A DNA stretch of 24,000 nucleotides from an uncultured Acidobacteriota bacterium (GCA_963777605.1 CAVZRV010000011.1:143145-167144), one strand, 5' to 3'; positions 7,671-17,062 are shown, counted from the first letter of the stretch. Translations and numbers: made by a program. The notes: generated from the letters alone by a model not told the origin.

Positions 7671-10541
7671 ATGAGCCCAAGCGAGCGCACTGGGGGGGCC
7701 ATCGAAATTCTGGGCGCCCGCCAGAACAATCTCAAGAACATCGACGTCGCGCTTCCGATCAACGCTCTCACCGTGATCACCGGGCTGAGCGGCTCGGGTA
7801 AGTCGAGCCTTGCTTTCGACACCCTCTACGCAGAAGGGCAGCGGCGATACGTTGAATCGATGTCGGCCTACGCCCGCCAGTTCCTCGAGCGGATCCCCAA
7901 GCCGGCGGTCCGGGAGATTCGAGGCATCTGCCCCGCCATTGCGATCCGCCAGAAGAACACGACCCGCAACCCCCGCTCTACCGTAGGGACAGTGACCGAG
8001 ATTTATGATTTCATGCGCCTCCTCTTTGCGCGGGCAGGCCGGGTGCGGTGCCGGGAATGCGGGCAGGAAGTCCGAAAAGATGACGTCGACACGGTCGTTG
8101 AAGAGCTCCTGTCCCGCTACCAGGGAGAACGCGCCTACCTGACCTTTCCGCTCGCCGGCAGCGCTCTTGACCTGACCGTTGGGACTCCGGAAAGCCGGAT
8201 CGAAGCAAAAGACGTGATCGACAACCTGGTCAAACAGGGCTTTCATCGCCTGATTGCCAAGCCGTTCACGGAGAATCGACCTCTCCAGCTTCCCGCCCAG
8301 GCCCCGGCAAACCTTCCGGAACTCCTGAATCTTCACGTTCTCGTTGACCGCCTGGCAATCGAGTCCGAGGCAAGGGAACGGTTGACTGATTCCCTCGAAC
8401 TGGGCTTCGCGGAGGGCAAGGGAGTCGCGGAAGTGACCGTGCTCAAGCCGGAGCCGGGCGGGTCCGGCGAGACGCTTCGATTCAGCGAGCGGTTCGACTG
8501 CCAGAAATGCGGCATCACCTACAAGGCGCCCGACCCGAGACTGTTCTCCTTCAACAACCCGTACGGGGCCTGCCCCAGTTGCCAGGGATTTGGAAATACC
8601 ATCACGCTGGATCGGGAACTGGTCATTCCGGATCCCCGCCGCACGCTGCGGGAAGGCCCGATAGAGCCATTCCTCAAGCCCCGTTACCTGAAGCGACAGC
8701 AGAAGCTGCTCGAATGGGCGGAACGGCAGGACATTCCGCTCGACATTCCCTTTGATGAACTCCCCGAAACCACTCAGGAGGCAATCTGGAATGGGCGGCA
8801 GGGCTTCTCAGGCGTAGTCGGATTCTTCGACCGTCTCAACGAGAAGAAATATAAGATGCACGTCCGCATCTTCATCGCCCGCTACCGGGGCTACTCTCGC
8901 TGTGCGGAATGCAACGGGGAGCGGCTCCGACAGGAGGCGCGGGACGTCTACGTGGGCGGACAGCGGATCACCCAGATCACCCGGATGACGGTTTCGGAAT
9001 TGCGGGAGTTCTTCGGGGACCTCGTGCTGTCCCGTTCCGAGGCCCAGATTGCCGGCAAGCTCCTCAATGAGATCAGCAAGCGCCTCGACTTCCTCGACCA
9101 GGTCGGCCTCGATTACCTGACCCTGGACCGCCTGACGTCAACTCTGAGCGGGGGAGAGATGCAGCGCATCCACCTGGCGGCCTCGCTGGGATCGTCCCTG
9201 GCGGGAGCCTTATATGTCCTGGACGAACCTTCTATCGGGCTTCACCCGAGGGACCAGGATCGCTTAATTCAGATCCTGAAACGACTCAGGGACCTGGGTA
9301 ACACGATTGTGGTCGTGGAGCACGAGCGGGACATCATCCAGTCCGCCGATCACCTGATCGACATGGGCCCAGGGGCCGGAGAACTCGGGGGTTCGGTCGT
9401 CTTCAGCGGTAACCTGGCCGAGGCGGAACGGAGCAGTGAATCGCTGACCGCAAGATACCTGCGCAACGAATGCAGGATTCCGGTCCCCATCTTTCGACGC
9501 CAGCCAACAGGCAAGCGGCTGTGGGTTCGAGGAGCCAGCGAAAACAACCTCAAAGACCTGGACATCGAAATTCCGCTCGGTCTGTTCGTTTGTGTCTCTG
9601 GCGTCTCCGGATCGGGGAAGTCTACCCTGGTCCAGGACGTCCTGTACGCCGGGCTGAAGAAGCTCAAGAAACAGTGGAACGGGCCAGTGGGCAGTCACCG
9701 CCAAATTGACGGTGCCGGTCACATCAGCGACGTGATTCTGGTCGACCAATCACCGATCGGAAGAACACCACGGTCCAACCCGGTTACCTACATCAAGGCG
9801 TTCGACGACATCCGAAAGACTTTCGCCGGTCTCCGGGACGCCCAGGCCAGGAACCTGACTCCCGCTCACTTTTCCTTCAACGTCCCCGGGGGGCGCTGTG
9901 AGACCTGCCAGGGATCAGGTGTAATTACAGTCGAAATGCAGTTTCTGGCCGACGTCGACCTGGAGTGCGAGGACTGCGGAGGAACCCGCTACCAGAAACG
10001 AGTCCTGGAAGTGACCTACAAAGGCAAGAATATCGACGACGTCCTCAAAATGACGGTCAGGGAGGCGATCGGGTTCTTTTCCTCTCGTGCGGCGCTGGTC
10101 AGAAAACTGAAGGTCCTCCAGGAGGTCGGCCTCGATTACGTCCGACTGGGACAGTCGGCCACGACGCTGTCCGGCGGAGAGGCCCAGCGTATCAAGATGG
10201 CGGCTTATCTCTCCAAGGCCACCAAAGGGCGCCCCCTGTTCATCCTCGACGAGCCGACCACCGGGCTTCATTTCGACGACATCGGGAAACTGCTGCGCGC
10301 ATTCGACCGCCTCCTGAGCGGTGGAGCAACCGTCCTGGTCATCGAACACAACATGGACGTCCTGAAAAACGCCGACTGGGTCATCGACCTGGGGCCGGAT
10401 GGCGGAACCGGAGGGGGGCAATTGGTGATCGCCGGCCCGCCCGAGGTTGTGGCCGCCCACCCCGACTCACACACGGGCAGGTTTCTGCGAGAGTGCCTGG
10501 AGGAGTATCCTGTCGGAAAGACTGCTGGTTCGGCGAGTTGA
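7671..10541 (+). CDS. uvrA: Excinuclease ABC subunit A
   Basis: 956-aa ORF with both ABC ATPase halves: Walker A GLSGSGKSSLAFDTLYAEGQRRYVES and GVSGSGKSTL; signatures LSGGEMQRIHLA and LSGGEAQRIKMA; zinc-binding CQKCG...FSFNNPYGACPSCQGFG. Confidence 0.97.
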   Translation: MSPSERTGGAIEILGARQNNLKNIDVALPINALTVITGLSGSGKSSLAFDTLYAEGQRRYVESMSAYARQFLERIPKPAVREIRGICPAIAIRQKNTTRNPRSTVGTVTEIYDFMRLLFARAGRVRCRECGQEVRKDDVDTVVEELLSRYQGERAYLTFPLAGSALDLTVGTPESRIEAKDVIDNLVKQGFHRLIAKPFTENRPLQLPAQAPANLPELLNLHVLVDRLAIESEARERLTDSLELGFAEGKGVAEVTVLKPEPGGSGETLRFSERFDCQKCGITYKAPDPRLFSFNNPYGACPSCQGFGNTITLDRELVIPDPRRTLREGPIEPFLKPRYLKRQQKLLEWAERQDIPLDIPFDELPETTQEAIWNGRQGFSGVVGFFDRLNEKKYKMHVRIFIARYRGYSRCAECNGERLRQEARDVYVGGQRITQITRMTVSELREFFGDLVLSRSEAQIAGKLLNEISKRLDFLDQVGLDYLTLDRLTSTLSGGEMQRIHLAASLGSSLAGALYVLDEPSIGLHPRDQDRLIQILKRLRDLGNTIVVVEHERDIIQSADHLIDMGPGAGELGGSVVFSGNLAEAERSSESLTARYLRNECRIPVPIFRRQPTGKRLWVRGASENNLKDLDIEIPLGLFVCVSGVSGSGKSTLVQDVLYAGLKKLKKQWNGPVGSHRQIDGAGHISDVILVDQSPIGRTPRSNPVTYIKAFDDIRKTFAGLRDAQARNLTPAHFSFNVPGGRCETCQGSGVITVEMQFLADVDLECEDCGGTRYQKRVLEVTYKGKNIDDVLKMTVREAIGFFSSRAALVRKLKVLQEVGLDYVRLGQSATTLSGGEAQRIKMAAYLSKATKGRPLFILDEPTTGLHFDDIGKLLRAFDRLLSGGATVLVIEHNMDVLKNADWVIDLGPDGGTGGGQLVIAGPPEVVAAHPDSHTGRFLRECLEEYPVGKTAGSAS

Positions 10542-10562
10542 CCTCGCCGGCACTGCTTCAGT

Positions 10563-10597
10563 TTCCGGTCGGCGGGGAAAGTTGAGACCGACCGGAA
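10563..10597. terminator. Perfect 10-bp inverted repeat just downstream of uvrA, possible terminator or regulatory hairpin
   Basis: TTCCGGTCGG (10563-10572), 15-nt spacer, CCGACCGGAA (10588-10597). No U-tract follows. Confidence 0.4.
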
Positions 10598-10650
10598 CTT
10601 GACTGACTGAACCGTCCACAATAACCTCGAATTCCAGGAGCAGAATACAA

Positions 10651-11907
10651 ATGACGAATCCCCCTCGAGTGACGATGATTGGCGGCGGAATGATCACCCG
10701 GATCCAGCTTCTTCCTTCCATATTACAGCTGCAAAGAGAAGGGATCGTCGGGGAGATTCACATCTGCGACAGTCGCGCCCGACCTCTGATCGAGCTCCAG
10801 GAGAGTGAAGTACTCAGGACCGCGTTTCCGGACTGCTCGTTCACTCCCCACCCCGATCCCTCCTCCGTGGACCAGGACGAATTCGACCCGGACCGCTTTC
10901 GGAAGATCCTGCGGGAAGCCCCGCGCGGATCCCTCGCCGTGATTGCGGTCCCCGACCAGTTCCACTACCCGGTGTTGCGGGAAGCAATCGAGAACGACCT
11001 GCACGTCTGCATCGTGAAACCCCTGGTTCTCAATTACCAGGAAGCGGAGGAGATCGCCCGCCTGGCCTACGAGCGAGGACTGGTCGTCGGCGTCGAGTAT
11101 CACAAGCGCTTTGATCGGAGAAACCTGCTCGCCCGCAAGGCATACCGATCAGGCAGACTCGGCAACTTCCGCCTCGGCCAGGCCCAGATGATCGAGCCCT
11201 ATTACTATCGCGATTCCAATTTCCAGAACTGGTGCACCACCCAAAACACCGACATGTTCACCTACGTGGGTTGCCACTACGTAGACCTCGTCGCCTTCAT
11301 TACCGGCCTTCGCCCGGTTTCGGTCAGCGTGTATGGGATCGTTGACCGCTACCCGAACGGCAATGAAGGTTTCCTCTGGACCGATGGACGGGTAGTCTGG
11401 GAAAACGGTGCCTCGTTGAGTGTAGTCGATGCGATCGGGTACCCGAACGCGGCGGCGGGTGGAAATGCCCAGGGTCTGACCATGTGGTGCCAGGGAAATA
11501 GCGACGCAACGCTTCTCGTCCATTCCGACCAGTTCCGCGGCGTCAAGTGCAGCTACAATTCGGCCGGCACGGAACCCGGAGACACGATCTATGCCGAGCC
11601 CAATCCTGACTACTACCAACTTCACGATATGGGAACCACAGGCCTGGTGCCGGATGGGTATGGCCACCAGAGCGTGGCCTACATCGTCGGAGCCTGTGCC
11701 CGGGCAAGCCGGCTCAATTCGGTTGAAGAGCGGCAGTCGCATATCCATTCCCTGGACGAAGCGGGGATCATGGCAACCCCTAGAAACAGCTCTTACAACG
11801 AACTGGTGATCGAAGCCGCCCGAAAAAGCATTCTTTCGGGGGGACGGGAGGTGTCTATCGAATACGGGAAGACACCCGGAGTCCGGTTCAGAAGTTACCA
11901 GTCCTGA
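10651..11907 (+). CDS. Gfo/Idh/MocA family oxidoreductase
   Basis: 418-aa ORF. Rossmann start VTMIGGGMITRIQLLPSILQL; EKP-type motif VKPLVLNYQEAEEIARLAYERGLVVGVEYHKRFDRR. Confidence 0.9.
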   Translation: MTNPPRVTMIGGGMITRIQLLPSILQLQREGIVGEIHICDSRARPLIELQESEVLRTAFPDCSFTPHPDPSSVDQDEFDPDRFRKILREAPRGSLAVIAVPDQFHYPVLREAIENDLHVCIVKPLVLNYQEAEEIARLAYERGLVVGVEYHKRFDRRNLLARKAYRSGRLGNFRLGQAQMIEPYYYRDSNFQNWCTTQNTDMFTYVGCHYVDLVAFITGLRPVSVSVYGIVDRYPNGNEGFLWTDGRVVWENGASLSVVDAIGYPNAAAGGNAQGLTMWCQGNSDATLLVHSDQFRGVKCSYNSAGTEPGDTIYAEPNPDYYQLHDMGTTGLVPDGYGHQSVAYIVGACARASRLNSVEERQSHIHSLDEAGIMATPRNSSYNELVIEAARKSILSGGREVSIEYGKTPGVRFRSYQS

Positions 11908-12005
11908 ACGACACAACTGAAGTGATCTCAATCAGGTAGACTATCCCCTTCTCGAAGAGGACGAGTTGATCAGCTGCGTTCTTTCGAACGCAATGGAAGG
12001 CAAAT

Positions 12006-13368
12006 ATGGCGACAAGAGAATTCTCACTGGTTCCACGACAGGTGGAAAGCATCAACTCCCGGTATCGGACGATCCGCACCTCGATTCCGGTGCCCGAGTC
12101 GGTCGAGATCCTCAAGACCCTGCGCCAGATCGAACCGCGCAGCATGGGCGGGCAGCCGCCGGTGATTTGGGATCACGGGGACAACTTCATCGTGGGGGAT
12201 CCCTACGGAAATCGCTGGCTGGATTTCTCCAGCGGAGTGCTGGTTACGGCGAGCGGACACGGACGTCGGGAGATCATTGACGCGATTCAGCATATGGCCG
12301 GCCGCGGCCTCTATCACGCCTACAGTTTCCCGACCGAGGTTCGCCTCGAGCTGGTCCGGGAGATCACCGGATTGATTCCGGCTCCGCTCAAGAAGGTCTT
12401 CCTGCTCACGACGGGGTCGGAGGCCACCGAGTGCTGCATCAAGCTCGCCCGGACCTGGGGGCTCCAGCAGGGAGGCGAAAGCAAAAACGTCTTTGTGACC
12501 TTCGACTACGCTTTCCACGGACGGACCATGGGCGCACAACTCGCAGGAGGCTCTCCGGCACTCAAGAAATGGCTGGGCGATGATCCTCGCTTCGTGCAGG
12601 TGCCCTACCCGGACGGCTTCCGCCAGAAGGACATCAGTTTTTCCGTTTTCGAGGAGGCTCTGGAGAGGAAAGGCGTCAATCCGCGCAACGTTTGCGGGGT
12701 GATGAGCGAGACGTACCAGGGCTGCAATGCTGCGCTCATGCCGGCTGAATACGCCCAGGAACTCCGCCGGTGGTGCAATCGTTGGGAGGCCGTGATGATC
12801 TTTGACGAAGTCCAGGCCGGCTTCGGGCGGACCGGAAAATCGTTCGGCTTCCAGCACCTCGGCATCGTCCCCGACCTGGTCGCCTGCGGCAAGGGAATCT
12901 CAGGGGGAATGCCGCTGTCCGCGGTACTCGGCACCGAAGAACTGATGTCCCTTTACGGGCCGGGGGAAATGACAAGTACACACTCAGCCAATCCGGTCTG
13001 CGCCGCTGCCGCTCTTGCCAACATTCGACTCATCCAACGGGAAAAGCTGACCGAGAACGCTGCCAACCTGGCTCCCATGCTCGCGGAAGGCACCGCCCGC
13101 ATCGCCGAGAAAGCTGGCGGCAAGGTGGGCACCTGGGCAGCAACGGGACTGGTCTCGGCACTCCAGTTCACGGAACCAGGAACGACCAACACCGGAACCC
13201 GACTCGGCCTGGCAACTGGTCAACAAGGCGGTCGAGCGCGGGCTTCTTCTCTTCGCCCCGGTGGGAGTGGGAGGCTGCGCGGTGAAACTGAACCCACCGC
13301 TGACGATTACCGAGGACGCCCTCAAGGAAGGGCTCTCGGTGCTCGAAAAGGCCGCCGCCGAATTGTGA
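12006..13368 (+). pseudogene. Class-III PLP-dependent aminotransferase, frameshifted near 13198-13200 (natural stop at 13366-13368)
   Basis: Called ORF (12006..13586) is a good class-III aminotransferase through ...GTWAATGLVSALQFTEPGTTNT, including FDEVQAGFGRTGKSFGFQHLGIVPDLVACGKGISGG. The expected C-terminus PDSAWQLVNKAVERGLLLFAPVGVGGCAVKLNPPLTITEDALKEGLSVLEKAAAEL* is in the +1 frame. Could be sequencing error. Confidence 0.85.
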
Positions 13369-13378
13369 CGCTCGAGGA

Positions 13379-14223
13379 TCAGATCGTGAAGTTCCCCTTG
13401 AACTTCATTTTGCCGGTCTTGAACTTCACGTCGATGACGTGGGTCGATCGGCGGCACCGCCGCCGTAAATATCGACTCCGTGTGAAACAGGATCGATTTC
13501 CCGCTCCCGTCGAAGTAAGGCTTGCCGGATGCATCGTAGCGGGGAAACCGGAAAACCGGAAATGGGTTCGTCTCCGACGGGGGTGAATACTCCTCTAGGG
13601 CGGACCATCACTTTCATCTCTTGAGCAGCCAGATAAGTCTTCTTCGCAAACTCTCGGCGGTTTCCCGCCGAAAGACGGCATCAAACTCCTGAAGCGAGTT
13701 GTGCCCCGGAGGATCCGAAAAGTAGCCCACCTGGAGCGAGATGAAGCGGGACGCTTCACGTTCCTCCAGCCGAGCCATTTCGGCCAGCTTTGGCCCGTCC
13801 AGGCTTCGAAGTCGATCGATAGCCAGCTGGACCGGTTCGGCTGACGTGATGAGGACGCGGAAAAAGTCTGCGAAATCCGACTCGCCGACCGAGTAAGTGC
13901 CCAGTTCCCCCGTCGAGTCGGATGAACTGCCGAATTCCCCGTTTCCAATGGAGGGATTCATCGGCTCGTCCCAAAATTCCCCGCCGAACTTGTTTCGCGG
14001 AGATTGGTCACCGGGCTTGAAGGGCCGCTCTGCGAACGTCCCTGCTCGCATGCGGACGACCGAAGTCTCATGAACCCAGGGAGACTCCTGAAGGACCTCC
14101 AGGCACTGTTGCTCGTTCCACTGAGCGGGATCCGTGGTCTCCCACCACTGGGCCGCCAACAACAACGACACAAGACCGCTCAATGTGCCCACCACAGCAC
14201 AGAATCTGGCTCGCCTGTCTCAT
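13379..14223 (-). pseudogene. Secreted hypothetical protein (about 280 aa after frame correction) broken by up to four frame changes
   Basis: Start ATG 14223 has a strong RBS (GGGAGGAG-CACC-ATG). Reconstructed signal peptide MRQASQILC..VGTLSGLVSLLLAAQ, then WWETTDPAQWNEQQCLEVLQESPWVHETS...QEFDAVF / SAGNRREFAKKTYLAAQEMKVMVR / LEEYSPPSETNPFPVFRFPRYDASGKPYFDGSGKSILFHTESIFTAAVPPIDP / VIDVKFKTGKMKFKGNFTI*. Only 13614..14195 is called in the supplied track. Confidence 0.65.
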
Positions 14224-14331
14224 GGTGCTCCTCCCGAGTCGTGCTCATTGCGAAGCGCCGACTGCAGGACGCCGCACCCCAGTTTAGATACTCAATCGTC
14301 CTCTGAGCATACGGTTGGCCCGGGAAGGGTA

Positions 14332-15243
14332 TCAGTTCGCGGGCACGAGGACCATGACTGAGATTGATGGCCGCCTGAAGTCCGTCCATTGTGGTGGGGC
14401 ACAATCCCTCGCACTCGGGACAATGGTTGTCTCGGTCTCCAATAGGCCACCTCTGGTACGGCCCCCAGGAAGGAAGTCGCAGCGTCGGATACTCCGAGCG
14501 CGTCCCGATGTCTCGTCGATGTCGATCACGACGGACGAGAACCGCGCATCTTTCGTTTCGGGCTCGAATCTCGCGTTCAAGCCGGTCAGGAACCGCGACA
14601 GCGACTGCTCCGTCTTCATGCCGATGACCGAGTCGTATGACCCCGTCATGCCAACGTCAGTGACGTACGCGGTCCCTCCCGGCAAGACCCGAACATCAGC
14701 AGTCGGGATATGGGTGTGTGTCCCCACGACCGCCGACACCTTGCCGTCAACGAACCAGCCAAAGGCCATCTTCTCGGAGGTGGCTTCGGCGTGGAAATCA
14801 ACCAGGATTGCCCGGGGCTGCCCTCCCAGCCGCTCGAGTTCCCCTTCGATCATCCGAAACGGGCAGTCGGTCAGAGGCATGAATACCCTGCCCTGCAGAT
14901 TGATCACGGCCACCGGGACACCGGCCCTGCTCTCGCCGATCCAGATGTGGTTTCCCGGAAGTCCGGGTGGGTAATTGCCCGGCCTCAAGAGCCTCGGCTG
15001 CCGCTCGAGCAGCGCACCGACGCCTTTCTGGTCCCAGACATGGTTTCCGGTCGTCAGGACATCAACGTCCATCCGCAGGAAGTCGTCGGCAATGGAGGCA
15101 GTCACTCCGAATCCGCCGGCCGCGTTTTCCGCGTTGACGACGGTGAAATCGATTCCGTTCTCCTCCTGAATCGCCTTCAGGTTCTCGCGAACCACCCGGC
15201 GTCCCCCTCGACCGACGACATCCCCCACAAAGAGCAGCTTCAT
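14332..15243 (-). CDS. TIGR00282/YmdB-family metallophosphoesterase
   Basis: MKLLFVGDVVGRGGRRVV...VVNAENAAGGFGV...TTGNHVWDQKG...HAEATSEKMAFGWFVDGKVSAVVGTHTHIPTADVRVLPGGTAYVTDVGMTG. Adjacent to rny, as is common for this family. Confidence 0.92.
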   Translation of the reverse strand: MKLLFVGDVVGRGGRRVVRENLKAIQEENGIDFTVVNAENAAGGFGVTASIADDFLRMDVDVLTTGNHVWDQKGVGALLERQPRLLRPGNYPPGLPGNHIWIGESRAGVPVAVINLQGRVFMPLTDCPFRMIEGELERLGGQPRAILVDFHAEATSEKMAFGWFVDGKVSAVVGTHTHIPTADVRVLPGGTAYVTDVGMTGSYDSVIGMKTEQSLSRFLTGLNARFEPETKDARFSSVVIDIDETSGRARSIRRCDFLPGGRTRGGLLETETTIVPSARDCAPPQWTDFRRPSISVMVLVPAN

Positions 15244-15264
15244 TGTTCCAGCACCCGAATCAAT

Positions 15265-16818
15265 CTACCGCGCGTAGTCGACAACTCTCATCTCCCGGAT
15301 CAGAGTCACCTTGATCTGACCGGGATAGTCCAGTTCCTTTTCGATCTTCTTGGCGATGTCCTTGCTCAACCAGAATGCCTGGTCGTCCGAGATTTTCCCG
15401 CTTTCGACGATCACGCGGATCTCGCGCCCCGCCTGGAGTGCGAACGCCTTCGTCACACCGTCAAAGGAACCAGCCAACTCCTCAAGCTTTTCGAGTCGCC
15501 GCACATAGCTTTCCAGTACTTCCCGGCGGGCCCCGGGCCGCGCCGCCGAAATCGCGTCGGCTGCCTGAACAAGAACGGCTTCGGTGGTTCTGAACTCAAC
15601 GTCAAAGTGGTGGGCTTCGATGGCGTGAATGACGTCTTCCGTTTCGCCGAACTTGCGGGCCAGTTCGACACCGAGCTGAAGGTGTGTTCCTTCCATGTCA
15701 CGATCGACGGCCTTCCCGATATCGTGCAGGAGTCCGGCTCGCCGGCACACGTCAACACTGGCACCGACCTCCCGGGCCATGATTCCGGCGAGATAGGCGA
15801 CGTCCCGGCTGTGATTGAGGACATTCTGCCCGTAGCTCGTTCTGTACTTGAGTCGTCCCAACATCTGGAGAAGCTGGTCGTTGAAGTTGTGGATTCCCAG
15901 TTCAAAGGCGACCTGCTCGCCCTCCTCCTTGAGCTGCTTGTCGAACTCGGACGCGACTTTGGCAACGACTTCTTCGATCCGGGCCGGGTGGATCCGCCCA
16001 TCCCGAATCAGCCGCTCGATCGAGACGCGGGCGATTTCCCGGCGGAGGGGGTTGAAGGCCGAGAGAATCACGGCCTCGGGTGTATCATCGACAATCAGGT
16101 CAACTCCCGTGGCCTGCTCGAGCGCGCGGATGTTGCGCCCTTCCCTGCCGATGATCCGACCCTTCATCTCCTCCGAAGGGAGATCTACGACTGAAACACT
16201 CGACTCAACTACGTGCTCCGCGGCGCATCTCTGAATCGCCTGGGCCACGATCTTGCGCGCCTCGATCTCAGAGCGCTCCTTGGCCTCATCTTCTATTCGC
16301 TTGGCGAGAATGGCACCATCACGCAGCGCTTCGCTCTCAATCGCATTCAGGAGCGATTTCTTGGCCTCTTCGGCGGTCATCCCGGCCACCTGCTCCAGCT
16401 GGTGGGTACGCTCCTCGACCAGGACAAGCAGTCTCGCCTCGGATTCCTCGGCCTCGACTTCCCGGCGTTTAAGGTTGCGAATCCGCTGGTCGGTCTCGCG
16501 CCGCTTGCGCTCCGCTCTGCGAAGCTCACGTCGAAGCATCTGTTCCTTTTCGCCGACCCGGTGTTCCAGTTCCGCGATCTTCCTCCGCTGTTCCTGAATC
16601 TCTTTCTCTGCGGCAACCCGCCACTGAAAGATCTCGTCTTTTGCCTCGAGCAGGCGTTCCTTTTTGACTCGTTCAGCGTCCTGACGGGCCGCTTCCTTGA
16701 TCTCAGCCGCATCTTCGGCAGCCCGCTTGAGCCGCTTGTCCACTACCCGTAACTTGACGAGGACCCAAACGACAATGGCGGCAGCCGCCACAATCGCCAA
16801 TATCCAATCTTCCCGCAT
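15265..16818 (-). CDS. rny: Ribonuclease Y
   Basis: 517-aa ORF with N-terminal TM, long coiled coil, KH domain ([36 protein letters not shown]) and HD domain ([17 protein letters not shown]). Confidence 0.96.
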   Translation of the reverse strand: MREDWILAIVAAAAIVVWVLVKLRVVDKRLKRAAEDAAEIKEAARQDAERVKKERLLEAKDEIFQWRVAAEKEIQEQRRKIAELEHRVGEKEQMLRRELRRAERKRRETDQRIRNLKRREVEAEESEARLLVLVEERTHQLEQVAGMTAEEAKKSLLNAIESEALRDGAILAKRIEDEAKERSEIEARKIVAQAIQRCAAEHVVESSVSVVDLPSEEMKGRIIGREGRNIRALEQATGVDLIVDDTPEAVILSAFNPLRREIARVSIERLIRDGRIHPARIEEVVAKVASEFDKQLKEEGEQVAFELGIHNFNDQLLQMLGRLKYRTSYGQNVLNHSRDVAYLAGIMAREVGASVDVCRRAGLLHDIGKAVDRDMEGTHLQLGVELARKFGETEDVIHAIEAHHFDVEFRTTEAVLVQAADAISAARPGARREVLESYVRRLEKLEELAGSFDGVTKAFALQAGREIRVIVESGKISDDQAFWLSKDIAKKIEKELDYPGQIKVTLIREMRVVDYAR

Positions 16819-16857
16819 ATGCTAATCCCCCTGACTGTGCTCGAGGGCTACTGAAGG

Positions 16858-17006
16858 AGGGCTGTAACAGGAGAGAAAATACCCCCGCTTTGCCGTGTGA
16901 TCGCCGCAATGAACCTGGCGAACCAGGTGGGTTCTCTGCCTTCCCTCCCTCGGGAGTGAAGGACTCCGAGATCCCGTTTCTTGAGTGTTGGCTCAATTAC
17001 AGCTAA
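16858..17006 (-). ncRNA. ssrS: Candidate 6S RNA
   Basis: Intergenic zapA-rny gap. Closing helix GCUGUAA/UUACAGC (17003-16997 with 16867-16861) encloses about 130 nt. Strong hairpin CCUUC-A-CUCC-CGAG-GGAG-G-GAAGG, then CCCACCUGG-UUCG-CCAGGUUCA, which resembles the conserved 3' hairpin of proteobacterial 6S RNAs. Boundaries approximate. Confidence 0.6.
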
Positions 17007-17062
17007 ACCATCACCTGCATTGCAGGGGCCGGTTCAATTGTAAACCAAAAACCAGTCAGCGC

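Noticed and set aside
12984-13457. 157-aa minus-strand ORF opposite the aminotransferase
   Set aside because: Only its first few residues (PPIDP) belong to the rebuilt hypothetical protein. The rest is antisense to the aminotransferase C-terminus.
13426-13617. 63-aa minus-strand ORF MKVMVRPRGVFTPVG... as an independent small gene overlapping the 13614 stop
   Set aside because: Its first residues (MKVMVR) are better explained as an internal segment of the frameshifted hypothetical protein; the remainder is out of frame with the conserved PFPVFRFPRYDASGKPYFDG sequence.
14710-16194. 494-aa plus-strand ORF antisense to rny and the ymdB-like gene
   Set aside because: Shadow ORF. It lies opposite two clearly conserved proteins and spans their junction, with composition expected from the antisense frame of GC-rich coding DNA.
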